A stretch of 63,229 bases of DNA, filler included, from Klebsormidium nitens (lineage: Eukaryota; Plantae; Klebsormidiophyceae): assembly GCA_000708835.1 (NCBI GenBank). It is 5 parts of 5 records of this genome, joined end to end, with 100 filler letters (N's around TTAATTAATTAA, not from the genome) between each part and the next. Parts side by side here need not be neighbours in the genome. Positions count along the whole stretch, not along the records: positions 1 to 28,037 come from DF237804.1; 4 more parts are not named here. The stretch is one strand, 5' to 3'. Positions 1 to 12,987 of the stretch are shown here, piece by piece; the stretch's first letter is position 1, and each line of letters opens with the position of its first letter. Under the pieces are notes generated by a model, which saw only the letters and a program-made list of their open reading frames with translations, was not told where the DNA came from and did not search any database. The position numbers and the translations under genes are program-made.

Positions 1-595
1 TGCCCGGAATTCGTCGTGGGGGCCGGTGACGTGGCGTCCTCTACGGTACATGCAACAGAATTTACCGTCACTGCCAAATCCGGCATGAGCGTTAACGCAT
101 TTCCACCGTACGATCCGTCCGGGGCGATCCTGGCCGTCCAGATAAGTCTGAACTTCGTTTGGTAGGCCCCTCTCCTCAATCACAGTACCTATGTCATCAG
201 AACAACCGTCCATTTGCGGTTCTATCTAACCTAACTGCTCGGTTGGTGAGTCCCAAAGTGTCCGGAATGCAACTTGCGCGCACTGAGTTCACGGTTTGGT
301 GGTTGCAATTTGCAATTGTTGCAAGTTGCACAGCTGCAACAGCAACTTAGTATTGCTTGCAGTGTAAGTACCGTACAGTCAACATGCAACTTTCAGAGCT
401 CCCTTGATTGACTGGTTTAACCGTGAATGCAATTGGCCCAGGAATGACTGTGTATAATACAGTACATATGTAGCAACACAAGGAATACAACCAAAAAGAG
501 GACTTGCACCTAGCTACTCTCTAGGGGCTCTCTAGCCCGGACTTGTTATCACAGCTTAGAGCTCAAAATTGCCATCTAAGCATTTTGGCAGCTTG

Positions 596-3500
596 ATGGA
601 GGTGACAGACGGGGCTCCTCCAGTCTTAAGAGAGGGGGTCATGGCGTTCGATGCTGAAGGCCATGGGCGCTTGCCTGAGCTGCAGGGAACAGTGGACTTG
701 GAAGCAGGCGGCCGTAGCCTGACTGAGCTGAGGCGGGAGAAGCTGGAGCAGCTGCCGTCCCAGCTCCGCGCAGAGAGTGCACTCTTGCCTGACGAGCTGG
801 TGGGGCCCGACAAGGAGGTGACCTTTGCTATCCAGAACCTGACCAGGAAGGAGAGGGAGCAAATTGTGAAAAGGGCACTGGCGACCACAGACCAAGACAA
901 TGGCGTGTATTATCAAAAGTACAGGTCCAGACTAGACAGGTGAGGAAACCAAGGCCCTAAGAATTTCTTGATTCGATGGCATGTCTGTGAGCTAAGGGAA
1001 TAGCGCATTGGCAAGGGTGGTATGAAGTTTTGGCAATCTATGCAGGGGTGCCCCATGTAAGAATTGCAATCCTTACGACATCACGCACTGCTTCTTGCCC
1101 TATCATGCTGCCAACATGTATTGATGGCCTTTACACGCTGAGGCTCAGCGCTCAGCAAAGCCCCTCACTGGCTACTCAACGTCCTTCCAGAGTTGAGCTT
1201 GCACAGCCTTCGGTGGAGATCCGCTTTGATGACCTCACCATCGAGGCAGGCGTGTACGTGGGGGGTCGTGCGCTTCCCAACCTGCTCAATGCGAGCAGGA
1301 ACGCCATGGAGTCTCTTCTCAGGGTGCTGCACCTGACGAGGGACAACCGCAGGAGGTTTCAGATCCTTCGAAAAGTTTCAGGCGTCCTGAAGCCAGTGAG
1401 GCTTTGTCCCTGTCCTTTGGCACCAGCTGGTTTTACAGGCGCTTATTACTGGCAACTCTGAACAATCAATCTTGATGCAGTCTTAGCTTGCTAGAAGCCC
1501 TAGAAACCTCCTCTCTGTCTGCACCATGTAGGATACAATCATGGTCGCACCCAGCTAGCACTGCTTGTAATGTCGATAACTTAGTGCAAACACATTCAGG
1601 TAAACGTTGAGCTCTTCCTGTCATGCTTGTGTCTGACAGTAGCATTGGGTCTTTTCTGACCTTGAGAACCTGTACTCGCGAAACCTTCACCCTTAGAAAC
1701 TACTGTCTCGATGGTAGCTTGTCCTCTTGTCTGGGGGTTACTTGCAACACTTGCACTCGTCAGACACTACCTACTACTTTCTTGACTGCAATCTGGGAGC
1801 CGATAAGCTTTGCTCCCTTGCAGTAACATTGTAACCCTGCATTACTTGCCGTTTGCAGGGCCGCCTGACTCTCCTTCTGGGGCCTCCTGGTTGCGGGAAG
1901 AGCTCATTGCTCCTTGCGCTTGCTAACCGTCTGGACTCTAACCTGAAAGTAACAGGAAGTATCACCTACAACGGGCATACCGCAAAGGAGTTTTCCCCAA
2001 AGCGCACAGTCACGTATGTGCCCCAAGTGGACTTGCATATTGGGGAGCTGACGGTGCGTGAAACGCTGGACTTTGGGGCAAGGTGTCTGAGAGCAGGGAC
2101 AAACAAAGGTGAGGCGGTGGGAGGAGGACGTTGCAGCAGACGCACTTGTCAAGAGCGATGGCATGACGTCTCTCTGCTTGACAGCTTAGCCGCTCACAAG
2201 CCAATCGAGAATCGGACATCTGATCACAAGTAGTGCACCGGGGAAGGGCAGCTACTGTTTTGGAGTGCGTCTGCTAAGGACACTTTCGGGCCCCATCTCG
2301 GAAGCAAGTACACTCCTGAAGTTGCCATCCAAAGGGGTGAAAAGCTCTGCAGAACCAGGATTCCGCAAAACATCTTCTCTTGCACTGCAGATCTTGTCCG
2401 GGAGCTTGGTAGGCGCGAAGTGGCGGACGCCATTGTGCCCGACCCCGACATCGATGCGTTCATGAAGGCGTCCGCTCTGGAGGGCCAAAAGGAGAACCTT
2501 GTGACTGATTACGTCATGAAGATCCTGGGGCTGGATATTTGCGCAGACACGCTGGTTGGGAACCAGCTGATCAGGGGAGTGTCGGGAGGGCAGAGGAAAC
2601 GTGTCACTACCGGTGAGTGTGTTTGTGCTGCAGGGCTCAGCTGTGGGTTCACGCATCCCAAGTGCGCTACATAGACCTGCAGTCCAAAGCTATAAAAAGG
2701 GAAGCCATAAGGACGACTTTGAGGACCTTCGATAAAGGAAAGCGAGCCGGTTGGTTTGGATTACTGTCCTGGTAACCGACTGTAAGATGCAGGCTCAAAG
2801 TAACGGACGTCATCTATACTTTCTTGCAGGCGAGCTTCTTGTCGGCTCGAAGAAAGTGCTGGTAAGGCGCCACTTACTGAATTTCGGGTTGCCTCAATGC
2901 CTTTTCAAAGCGAGATCCAGCAATCACACTTGCGTTTCTCCTGGCCTCATCATACTCCAGGCTTGCTTCTTCATGTGTCGATCTCCTCTTTCTATCAATC
3001 AGCATGCTTTTGCATCATGATTGTATACCTTCTAAACGTGAGAGCTGAAGGCTCCTGTTTCGGAGTGCAGTTGCTGGATGAGATTTCGACGGGGCTTGAC
3101 AGCTCGACCACATTCCAGATAGTCAACTGCCTTCAAAACATCTGCCACTATACAAAGGTAAGATGGCTTCGGCACCAAGAATTGCTTCAAGTGTCTCCGT
3201 CTTCATGACTTCTTGACAAGTTCTTTCCTTTGTGTCATATCTATCAGCGAAGCTCGTTTCTGCTCAAGCGCTCGTAAGGCTCTGCATATAAACCAGACTT
3301 GGCAGATTGCAGCAGTCGTTACAACTGTGACTTTATTACTCCGTGCAGTCTACGGTGTTCACGTCACTACTCCAGCCCGCCCCCGAGACCTTCGAGCTAT
3401 TTGATGACGTGGTGCTGCTGTCGGAGGGCCACGTCATCTACCAGGGTCCACGCGAGCGCATCCTCGACTTCTTCGAGATGCAGGGGTTCCGGTGCCCCAA

Positions 3501-6500
3501 GAGGAAGGGCGTCGCAGACTTTCTTCAGGAGGTCACGTCTCGCAAAGACCAGGAGGTAGGGCGCACGTGTCCCTGGGATCAGTGGCTGACGTGGCATGCT
3601 GGTCGATAAATGATGTCCCGTCTTGCGAACCCCTTGAAAGATGCTGCCACAAAATGCGTTGCTTCTGCTTGAATAGCATAACAGTCTTACAAGTCTTTGT
3701 TCGTTGCTGAGAAAGACCGACGAAGCTAGCTACGAAGCTTCGGCACATGTTTGCTACATTGTCTACTGCAAGCATCTTACAAAGCCTGTTGACATCCACG
3801 AAACGTCTTCTGACTTTGACCACTGTTCCCTGTCTGCAGCAATACTGGGCACGTGACACCCCGTACACATACGTGCCCGTGTCCTCCTTTGCGGATGCTT
3901 TCGACGACTTCGAGGTTGGCCGGCTCATCCGCAAGGAGCTATCTCAGCCGTTCGATAAGGCGCGCTCGCTGCCCGGGGCCCTTGTCCCGAGCAAGGCAGG
4001 TCGCGACTTCGAGTGGGGAATCTTCAGGGCGTGCTTAGACCGGGAGTGGACTCTCATGAAGCGGAACAGCTTCCTGTACATCGTCAAGACGGTCCAGGTA
4101 ATGGTTGTTCTTTTATCTAGCCTACTTCGCGAGCATTTGAAGCTTTTTTGGCGACGGGGACTATGTCGGCAAATTGTGTTGACCATGCTTGTGCTACCTA
4201 CGAGCATTTAATAAGGCATTTGCAAGTTCAGCTTTTCAGCGTCTTTGAGTAGAAAGAAGGGAACCTGTTTGGACCCGTCCTGCGCTTCTGACTGTCCACT
4301 TGCGTGGATGCAAGGTACTGAAATAGAAGTGGAGACTTGAGGGGCTCTGCTCCGACAACAAGTTCAATAGAAGCCCAGAGGGGCCCAAAGGATGCCCCTC
4401 ACAAAAAGCTGTGATTGAAGCCAAGAGCCGAGGCTCAGCGTTGAGGCTCTCCTCTTACATGCAGTGTGCGCTTTTGGCGATCATAAGTGCGACCGTTTTC
4501 CTTCGCACGACGCTCAATTCGGACAGCATCGCGGACGGCTCGCTGTACCTGAGCATGATCTTCTTCTCCCTGGTCTACATCATGTTCAACAGCTACGCAG
4601 AAATATCACTAACGGTGAGGACAAGCCTGTGGTTGTCAAGCGTGGAGGATTTGGAGCCGAGTGTTCCAATCTTTATAGTCTGCATACTGTTCATGAATCG
4701 ATTCTTGGAATGACAGGTCCAAATGTACGGTCGTAAGTAGGCTGTTTTTGAGCACTTATCCTGGCCGTTTTGGATCTTGACAATTTAACGTTTCTCAGGA
4801 AGGAGCCGCTGGATTCCTAAGGGCTTGAAAATTAATTTGAAGAGCTTCATTTAGCAAGGATATCGCTATATCAGATCTTCCTTTGCAACCCGACCCTTGA
4901 TCTTGCCACCATACGTGGCCCAGTCACGGGGGCTGAAACACTGCTCGCCCCGCCATTTCCCGTCCACTTGTTCTCCATTAAGGCGGCCTCCATCCACGTC
5001 AGTCGCCGGCGTGCCCTCAAATCGGAAGCATATTTTGTCATCTCCGCCTCCTTCAATGCAAATAATGAAGTTGCAAGCTCCCGTTCCTCGCAGGTGCACC
5101 GGCTGCCCATCTTTTTCAAGCAGCGCGAGGACCAGTTCTACCCAGCGTGGGCCTTCAACCTGCCGTCAATCATCACACGGCTGCCCTACACCCTGGTCGA
5201 GGTTCTCATCTGGACCGCCCTCACGTATTACATCGTCGGCCTTGCGCCAGATGCTGGCAGGTACGTCGTAAGCTGCCTTGTCTTCCTGTTTCAGTCCGAT
5301 TGCTAGTAAGTTTAAAAAGTGTCACAGAATAACACGCGAAAGCTGTTGGAGCTGCTCCATTACAATTCTACAGCTCTTGTGCTCGCTTTTCAACGACACT
5401 CTTGTCACTTCTGGCTCCAGAGACATTGCCTGCAGGTTTTGAAGCCGGTTCTGTCAGTTGAAAAGAAAGAAGGATGCGGCAGTTCTCTGTGCATCAAGTG
5501 TTTACCCGCAGCTTTTCAAAGAGTCGAGCCGTATTCATACCTGCCTGGTGTTGCTGAAAGACCAGGCCGACTATTGAGTCGTGCAGCACTATCCGTGCCA
5601 CAAAGCTTTCCCTTGCGGCGGCGCGGCGAGCCATGCTACTTTCAATTCCAGCCCGCTGCCTGAAAAGGATTGTCAGTCTTATCAATCTAATGCGCGTCAG
5701 AGTCGTAGCAACCTGATGCGCGTCAGAGTCTTATACCTGATGCGCGTCAGAGTCTTCGCAACCTGAGTCTTATAAGGTTTTCTCACGTGCCCGTCCGCAG
5801 GTTCTTCACTTACTTTTTGATCCTGCTCGCTCTGCACCAAATGGGTGTGGCTCTCTTCCGGCTCGTGGGCGTGCTCGCGCGCACCATGACCATGGCCAAC
5901 ACCGCCGGTTCCTTTGCGCTTATGTGCATCTTCCTGCTTGGAGGCTTCGTCATCGCCAAGCGTAAGCGCTTCGCTTTGCTTCTTCACACGTGCCTTGCTA
6001 GATCCCCTGACGTCATGTCGTCATTACTGATGTGGCTGTCGTGTCCAGAAGACTGCCTACCTCCCTTTCGCACTCAACCCACTTCAAATTAACAGCCGTT
6101 CAACAATTTGAAAATGAGCAGAATGCGCCGTGTCTGAAATCAACAACAATGAGTTACGTGTGCAACTTGCGGCCCGTAGACCTGTCAAGATTGCCGTCGA
6201 ATGACCTGTTAAGCTGGCTAAGTCCAACGGCACTTGACAAGAAGTCTCTCTCGTTGTTTGCAATGGAAGTCACCTCCCTTATAGGATGGTTGTCTGAGCG
6301 GTTGAAAGTAACGGTCTTGAAAACCGGCGTGGTTCTTCGTTCAAAACAAACTCTCTCGCGGTTTGCAATGAAAGTTACCTCCGCTTATAGGATGGGCGTC
6401 TGAGCGGTTGGAAATACCGGTCAAAAAAATCGGCGTGGTTCTTCGTTCTAAGCGATCTCGGTTTCTCATGCAGCGCAAATCCACCCGTGGTGGATCTGGG

Positions 6501-9500
6501 GGTTCTGGATCAGCCCGCTCAGCTACGTGCAACAGGGCATGGCCATCAACGAGTTCAGCGCGCCCCGCTGGCAAAAGCTCGCGCCCGGCAGCAACGAGAC
6601 CATCGGCGCCTCTGTGCTCACGGCACGTGGCCTTTTCCACGAGCACTGGTGGGTGTGGGTCAGCGTGGGGGTCATGGTCGGATACGCTATCCTCTTCAAC
6701 GTGCTCATCAACCTCGCGCTGGACTACTTCCCACGTAAGCAAAGCCCACTCTGGCTCTCCGACACGTTTCTTATCCTGGTTTCGGAAATGGCCATGAAAA
6801 GAATGGCGCATGCAAATATAGCAGTAGTGTAGGGGGGCCTTGATTTAGAGTGAAGAGCATATGGAGAACGAACGTTGCCCATGCGAATCCTTAGCGTCGA
6901 AGGTCTCGATGTTGTCTTGACGTGAACCGATTATGCTCGTTTCTGCCCTTCTTCAGTCACAATTGGATGTCTAATGCATTCATCCCAGCTCTCCATTTCT
7001 CGGTGCAGCTATTGGCACAGCTCAGGCCATCATCTCGGAGGACGTGTTGGATGAGAAGGAGAAGGCACGTGTTGGGCACGTGACCGACGCCCTCAACGTT
7101 AGCGTCCTCATTCCCGTCGTGGAGGCAGCGAGCGGCGCTGACGAGCGTGCAGGCACTCCGGTTGCCAAGGAGAATACTGGAGTACACCGGAGAGGTGAGG
7201 AACTTTAAAGAAGCAGTCCGAATTGTGCTTCGATTCTCGGAAGCATGGGTTAAGAATTGCCTCGAGAGTTGGGTCATAGCGCTGAAAGTAGGTCTGACGG
7301 ATTCCCTGTCCCACGCTTCTCTTGCGCAAACGCACGCGATTTCGCAACCCTCTTCCTATGCAGACTTCTCACAATGGGCACCAAATCTTTGTTGTGCAGC
7401 TATCATTGTACCCGAGACTCAAATTGAGCTCGCGCAGTCACGCACCCCCGGCAGTCGGCGGTCACGCACCCCCGGCAGCAGTCGGCGCGCCTCCGTCACT
7501 CCCTCCGGCTTGGGGCAGCCCTCTCCCTCTGGGCTCGCGCAGTATTATGAGAAAGTGGGCGGGGCAAAACGCGGCATGGTGTTGCCCTTCGAGCCGCTTT
7601 CGATGGTCTTCCACGACGTGTGGTACTCAGTGGACGTTCCCAAGGTACGAGGGCACGTGGCTCCACTCCATCGTGCCGCAGATGCGTCGCCTGTTCTGTT
7701 TTCTGTGCATAACAAACTGGCCTTATGGTTACACTGGAGGGGATTAGTCGAGCCATCGCAGCAAGTCTCTTTGTTGTAGCTTGCTCGACACGTCTATATA
7801 TCAACCACTTTGAAGCAGCACAGTCAACCGAGACCGGGTTTTAAGTACGCATTTCATTATCGGCAGGGAGGATTGACTCCAGCATTGTTCTGAAAAAGGA
7901 GACGTTTCAGGCAATATTGATCTTATGATTTGGTGTGTTTTCTCAGAACGCGTAGGTTCTTGAAAAGGGGACTTTTGAGTGGGAAGCATCCTTGAAGTCC
8001 TTTCAAGACCGTACATAGTCGGGGCGCTGATTCGTAAAGCAAAGTCCAATTTAGCGGGAGGTTGGATGTGCAGGGCCTGGCGAAAGAGGGCGAGGAAGGC
8101 AACAAGCTGCAGATTTTGAAAGGCTGCAGCGGGGCGTTCCGGCCTGGTGTGCTCACAGCGCTCGTTGGGGTGTCTGGCGCGGGGAAGACCACGCTCATGG
8201 ACGTGTTGGCAGGAAGGAAGACGAGTACGCACACTGTTCCTTTCTGCTCGTATCTAAGAAAAGCCCCTTTTTTTCCAATCTTTCAAGCAACTTGCAAAGT
8301 GACACGGCTCGCCAAGCATGCAACCGTCAAATACTAAGCTTGATTGGATTTAATGTACGATGAGCAATCCTTCGTCTTGTGAGAAGACGAAAATTCTGCT
8401 CCGTAGGTTTGCGACAGAGGCTTCTTTGCGTCACTGAGCAAGAAGGATACTCCCCTGCTGACATGTGCCCTTTGGCCGCAGTGATTATCTTCTTCTAAAC
8501 TAGGACGACACGTCACCTGGGTTTGTCTGTAATGCCTCTCATAACGGAAAGCGGCAGAACCAAAAGCATATGCGGATTGGATGCGCAGCGACCTGAACAG
8601 ATTACTTTTGCTGTCCCGCACAGCCGGGTACGTCGAGGGTGACGTCTTCGTGGGCGGATTCCCAAAGGAGCAGGACTCGTTTGCACGCGTGTCGGGTTAC
8701 GTGGAACAGTTTGACATCCACAGCCCGTCAACGACTGTTTTTGAGGCACTTACCTTCTCTGCCTGGCTAAGGCTCTCGGAGACCGTCGATCCGCAGACGC
8801 GCAAGGTGCGTGGGTCCCTTTCGTTTGATTCGCGAGTGTCTGCCGCGCAAAACTGTTGCAAGCTTTCTGCTGCATTGTGGGCTCAATCTGAAAGCCTGCA
8901 TTACAATTACGTGATTGAAGATTTGACAGCCAATCGTCCTCCAACTTTCTCTGATGTCGGTAATTCTGGAACCGGGAGCCGGCAATTGAGGAGCGACGCA
9001 TTGCTTTTGCTCGCTCGGATTCCACAGCGCTTTTCCGTTCTCCGCAGGAGTTTGTGGAGGAGGTTATGGAGTTGGTCGAGCTAATCCCCCTCCGCAACGC
9101 CCTCGTCGGCTCCCCCGGCGTAAGCGGCCTGCCCGTCGAAGCCCGCAAGCGCCTAACCATCGCCGTCGAGTTAGTCGCTAACCCGAGCATCATCTTCATG
9201 GACGAGCCCACGTCCGGATTGGACGCACGTGCCGCTGCCATTGTGATGCGGACGGTCCGCAACACGGTGGACACGGGTCGGACCGTCGTGTGTACGATCC
9301 ACCAGCCGAGCATCGATATCTTTGAGGCCTTCGACGAGCTGCTGCTCATGAAAAGAGGGGGCCACGTCATCTACGGTGAGGGCCGCTTCTCCCTCACCTT
9401 TACAAGGAGCAAGTCCGTTTGAAGCACGTAAGCGTGAGGCATTAGCCTAGGCGGTCTTTGAATCTCCATGACCAGTGTTTTCTTAACCTATTGTGGTCGC

Positions 9501-12500
9501 TAAAACCTTTTGAGTCCTTGGTTGCGGTCCTGCAATCTCCATGACCAGGGTTTGTAAAACGTATTTTTGGTCACTAAAACCCTTCGGAGAAGCCTCGGAA
9601 ACATCATTGGTGCTTGCATGTTTCTTCTCCACGGTGTCTCATTTTCCAAAAGCATAGTCTTTCTTTTAATTCCTGAGCCCTCACAAACGCATTCCGCAAT
9701 GCAGCCGGCCCGCTTGGGACCAAGTCCAAGTTCCTCGTCGAGCACTTCTCGGCCGTGAGGGGCGTGCCGCAGATCCGCGACGGCCACAACCCGTCCACGT
9801 GGATGCTCGAGGTGACGACACCTGGCATGGAGGAGAAGCTGGGGGTCGATTTTGCCGAGTACTACAAGAGCAGCACGCTTTTCAAGTGAGTCTAAAGCTT
9901 CGCATTCTATGCGAGGAAGGTTCTTCCCGCTTAGAAAGGTGGCAGAGGCTGGAATCCGTAAGCTTTCCAAAGCGCAGTAGCTTCAGATGATCACTTTCAG
10001 GTCTTTTTGAATACTGAAAAGCGTCTCGTACTCAAGTCCGGTCTTCATTGGATCACGCAAAGCTTCCGTAAGCGATGGTGGTAGCGTCCCTCAAGTGACA
10101 ATTTGCCGTTCAGCGGAATGCTCCGCATTTCACAAAAAGTTTTGGCTGTCAACCAGGCTGCTTCACAGACTTGAGGCTTGGATTATTGGACGGTTAACCG
10201 GGCTTTGACCTTTTTCAAGGCTGTCTAACGCCGAAGTCTGGTTATTGGACATATAACCAGAATTTAACCTGCCCAAAACCAGCCCAGAACCGCCCTTGGT
10301 TAAGGGCCAAAAAGTCCTGGTTGTGATTCGTCGTTGAGCTTTCGGACCTCGTTTCAGGCGCAACGAGGACCTGATTGCCAAACTGAGCAAGCCCATGGAG
10401 GGCGCGTCAAAACTGCGCTTCGACAGCAAGTACTCGCGCAGCTTCGGGGTGCAGTTCACCGCGTGCTTCTGGAAGAACAGCCGCACCTACTGGCAGACGC
10501 CCGAGTACACCGGCGTGCGCTACTTCTTCTCCGCGGGCGTCGCGCTCATTTTTGGCAGCATCTTCTGGGACTTGGGGCAGATAAGGTAAGAATTTCTTCT
10601 CCGCCAGCTTCGCGCTCAATTTCAGCAGCATCATCTGATACTTGGGGCAGATAAGGTGAGAAGCTACACGAGAGTTTCGGACGAGTTTTAATCCTTCGGT
10701 TTCTGTAAGCAGGTGTATAAGTGGAACTCGTGCATCCTACTGCATTGGCTGGCCACTGAGCAGTACTGTCACGATGGCTCCTTGAGTTGGGTCGGAGTCT
10801 GCTCATCCGCTGCGGAAAGGCATGTTTGGGGGCAAATCAATCTTTTTGTTGCCTGACAACTCAATTCTAAGTGACTCTGAGTTTTGGACACTACAAATCG
10901 TTGATTTGATTCCTTTATGCTATTGAGTACCCTAGAGGCATGCTAAATTCGTGCGCGTTTTCATCGGTCTAAACTTTGATTCGCTTTCCAGGAACACCCA
11001 GCAGAATGTGTTCAACGTGATGGGCGCCATCTATGCCTCGGTGCTCTTCCTCGGAACGTCTAACGCGTCCTCGGTTCAGCCCGTCTTCTCCAAGGAACGT
11101 GCCGTCTCGTATCGGGAACGGGGGGCCGGGATGTATTCCCCGACCGCGTGGGTGCTCGCGCTGTGCGCCATCGAGGTCCCTTACGTCCTGGTGCAAACGG
11201 TGCTCTACAGCTGCATCACTTACTCCATGATCAACTTCGAATGGACCGCCAGTGAGTCCAAACTTTTATCCAGCAGTCATTGTCTATTGCACGTTCGGGT
11301 TAAGCTGGCCGCCTGACCAGATTCCTGTTTGAGCGGAACGCAAAAGTTTGCCCGAAGCGCAGAACATGGACCCTGCGATGACCCGGATGCTTCTCATCGA
11401 CCGGCCCAAATCCTGCGGCTGGAGACAAGTTGTGCGACCGGCTCGATCCGGACTCGAGTCAGGCGGCCCGGTTTGACCAAACCTGCAATACTTTAGCCGA
11501 ACAATCGCCATTTGTGTCCCTCTCTTGCCAAGAGGAATCGTCGCTTCAAAGAAGGCTTCTCATGGTGCAACCTGAGCGACCCCGCCGGTCGACGTGGGCT
11601 GCTTTCTAAGGCCTTTCTCAGCCGGACCAATGATGCCGTTTGCGGCATCCAACTTAACCCGCCTCTAACCCACTTTCGCCTCCTCCTTTTCCCAGTCAAG
11701 TTTTTCGAGTACATGGCCGTGATGTTCCTGACCTTCCTCATCTTCACTTACTACGGCATCATGGTGGTCGCCGCCACCCCCGGACTGGCGCTCGCCTCCA
11801 TCATCAGCTCGTTCTTCTACAGCTTCTGGAACCTCTTTGCGGGCTTCCTCATCCCACTGCCGGTAGGGCCGCTTGTGCTGTCCGACCATTGTGCATCTTC
11901 TGTCCTCAGGGGCACCAGAGCGGGAGTTCCCTCAGCTGCTTGTGCTTAGTAGCAGCTGTTGTATGTGTGTAAGCGCAGTGGCGCTTGTGTAAGCGCAGTG
12001 GCGCATGTGTAAGCGCAGTGGCGCCAGTGAATGCATTCAGGCCGTACGGGTATGAGCTTGAGGATGAGCCAAGACTCTCCCGCTTGGTGGGCAGGGTCCC
12101 TCGAGACGAAATTGCTGTACCAGGCAGTTAAGAGACTGTGAGAGCTCTTACGAAGCATCTGTGCCGACAGTTGTGCCATCTGTTGCCTTCGTTATCGGCT
12201 CAAAATCAGGCCGTTTGTCCTTCTCAACATTCTCTGGCGTTTCTAGGACTTCAGGACTTCAGGGCTTTTAGGCCTTCACGCTTAATCAGCTGACCCCTAC
12301 GAGCTCAGAGAAGGCTGCAGCTGCTGTCTTGCCCTCTCTTTGCACCAAGGTGGAAAACCGAACGACCTGCGGAGGGTTTGCTGTCTGTTCATGTGCTGAC
12401 CCAAAGGTTTTCTTTGTTCCGCAGCGGATTCCTGGATGGTGGGTTTGGTACTACTACAGTAAGTTCCTTCATCTTGCCTCTACTCCAAACGCACGTTACT

Positions 12501-12928
12501 CTACAGCGTCTGTTGTCTGCTCTGATTTGCAGACTCACCTTTGCACGGCACAAACTGCTTGCTAGCTGTCACGGAACTGCTCGCAGCTTTCAGGTTGAAC
12601 ATCTTACGAGCAGAGCTGCCTGGTTACATCACTCTCTCTGCTATGATACTATTCCGTCTTAAAGCCCCGTTGTCTTTCTTTTGCAGTCAACCCCATCTCT
12701 TGGACGCTGTACGGCCTCATCGCGTCGCAATTGGGCGACGTAAACGACGAGTACATCTTGGAGACCAACGGCGCCAAAGATAAGACGGTGTCGGAGTTTG
12801 TGCGCTCGCATCTTGGTTTTAAGCACGAGTACGTCCCTGTCGCACTTGCGTGCTTGCTGGGGTTCGTTATTATTTTCTTCTTGCTAGCGGTCATGGCAGT
12901 GCGCTTCCTCAACTATCAGAAGCGATAG
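596..12928 (+). CDS. Full-size ABCG / pleiotropic drug resistance (PDR) transporter, NBD-TMD-NBD-TMD, about 1515 aa, 23 coding exons
   Basis: Exons 596-939, 1191-1395, 1859-2108, 2391-2612, 2830-2861, 3071-3157, 3349-3555, 3840-4097, 4465-4614, 5094-5260, 5801-5961, 6474-6734, 7009-7194, 7400-7644, 8074-8224, 8624-8805, 9048-9375, 9705-9885, 10358-10585, 10992-11251, 11696-11862, 12425-12458, 12687-12928. All junctions are GT-AG and phase-consistent (4548 nt). NBD1: [35 protein letters not shown]2: [32 protein letters not shown] motifs [14 protein letters not shown] and [11 protein letters not shown]. The start ATG at 596 is inferred; a probable 5'UTR intron lies at 364-554. Confidence 0.95.
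5690..5774. repeat. Short intronic tandem repeat, three copies of ATGCGCGTCAGAGTC (period 24-26)
   Basis: Copies start at 5690, 5716 and 5740, just upstream of the acceptor at 5800. Confidence 0.85.
6245..6448. repeat. Degenerate about 105-bp tandem duplication in a PDR intron
   Basis: TTTGCAATG at 6257 and 6362; ATAGGATGG..GTCTGAGCGGTTG and CGGCGTGGTTCTTCGTTC occur in both units. Confidence 0.85.
9461..9582. repeat. Degenerate about 73-bp-period intronic duplication
   Basis: AATCTCCATGACCAG at 9461 and 9534, each followed by GGTC.CTAAAACC. Confidence 0.7.
10151..10260 (+). repeat. Short dispersed intronic repeat, copy 1 (copy 2 at 30159-30270)
   Basis: Shared ordered blocks AACCAGGCTG, GACTTGAG, TTATTGGAC, TAACCGG and AAGTCTGGTTA.TGGACAT.TAA with near-identical spacing. 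Confidence 0.65.
10522..10662 (+). repeat. 70-bp tandem duplication of the PDR exon-19 3' end and its splice donor
   Basis: CTTGGGGCAGATAAGGT at 10571 (real donor GTAAG) and 10641 (copy GTGAG); upstream TTCTTCTCCGC..CGCGCTCA also duplicated at offset 70. Confidence 0.9.
11966..12024. repeat. 20-bp tandem repeat x3 in a PDR intron
   Basis: TGTGTAAGCGCAGTGGCGC at 11966, 11986 and 12006. Confidence 0.9.
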
Positions 12929-12987
12929 GAACGAGAAGTCCGTCAGGTGTGGAGGGGAGAGCGTATTTATAGGGGTAGCTTTTAGAC

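Noticed and set aside
569-595. ORF-track start at 569
   Set aside because: It is a TTG; the first in-frame ATG after the likely acceptor at 554 is 596.
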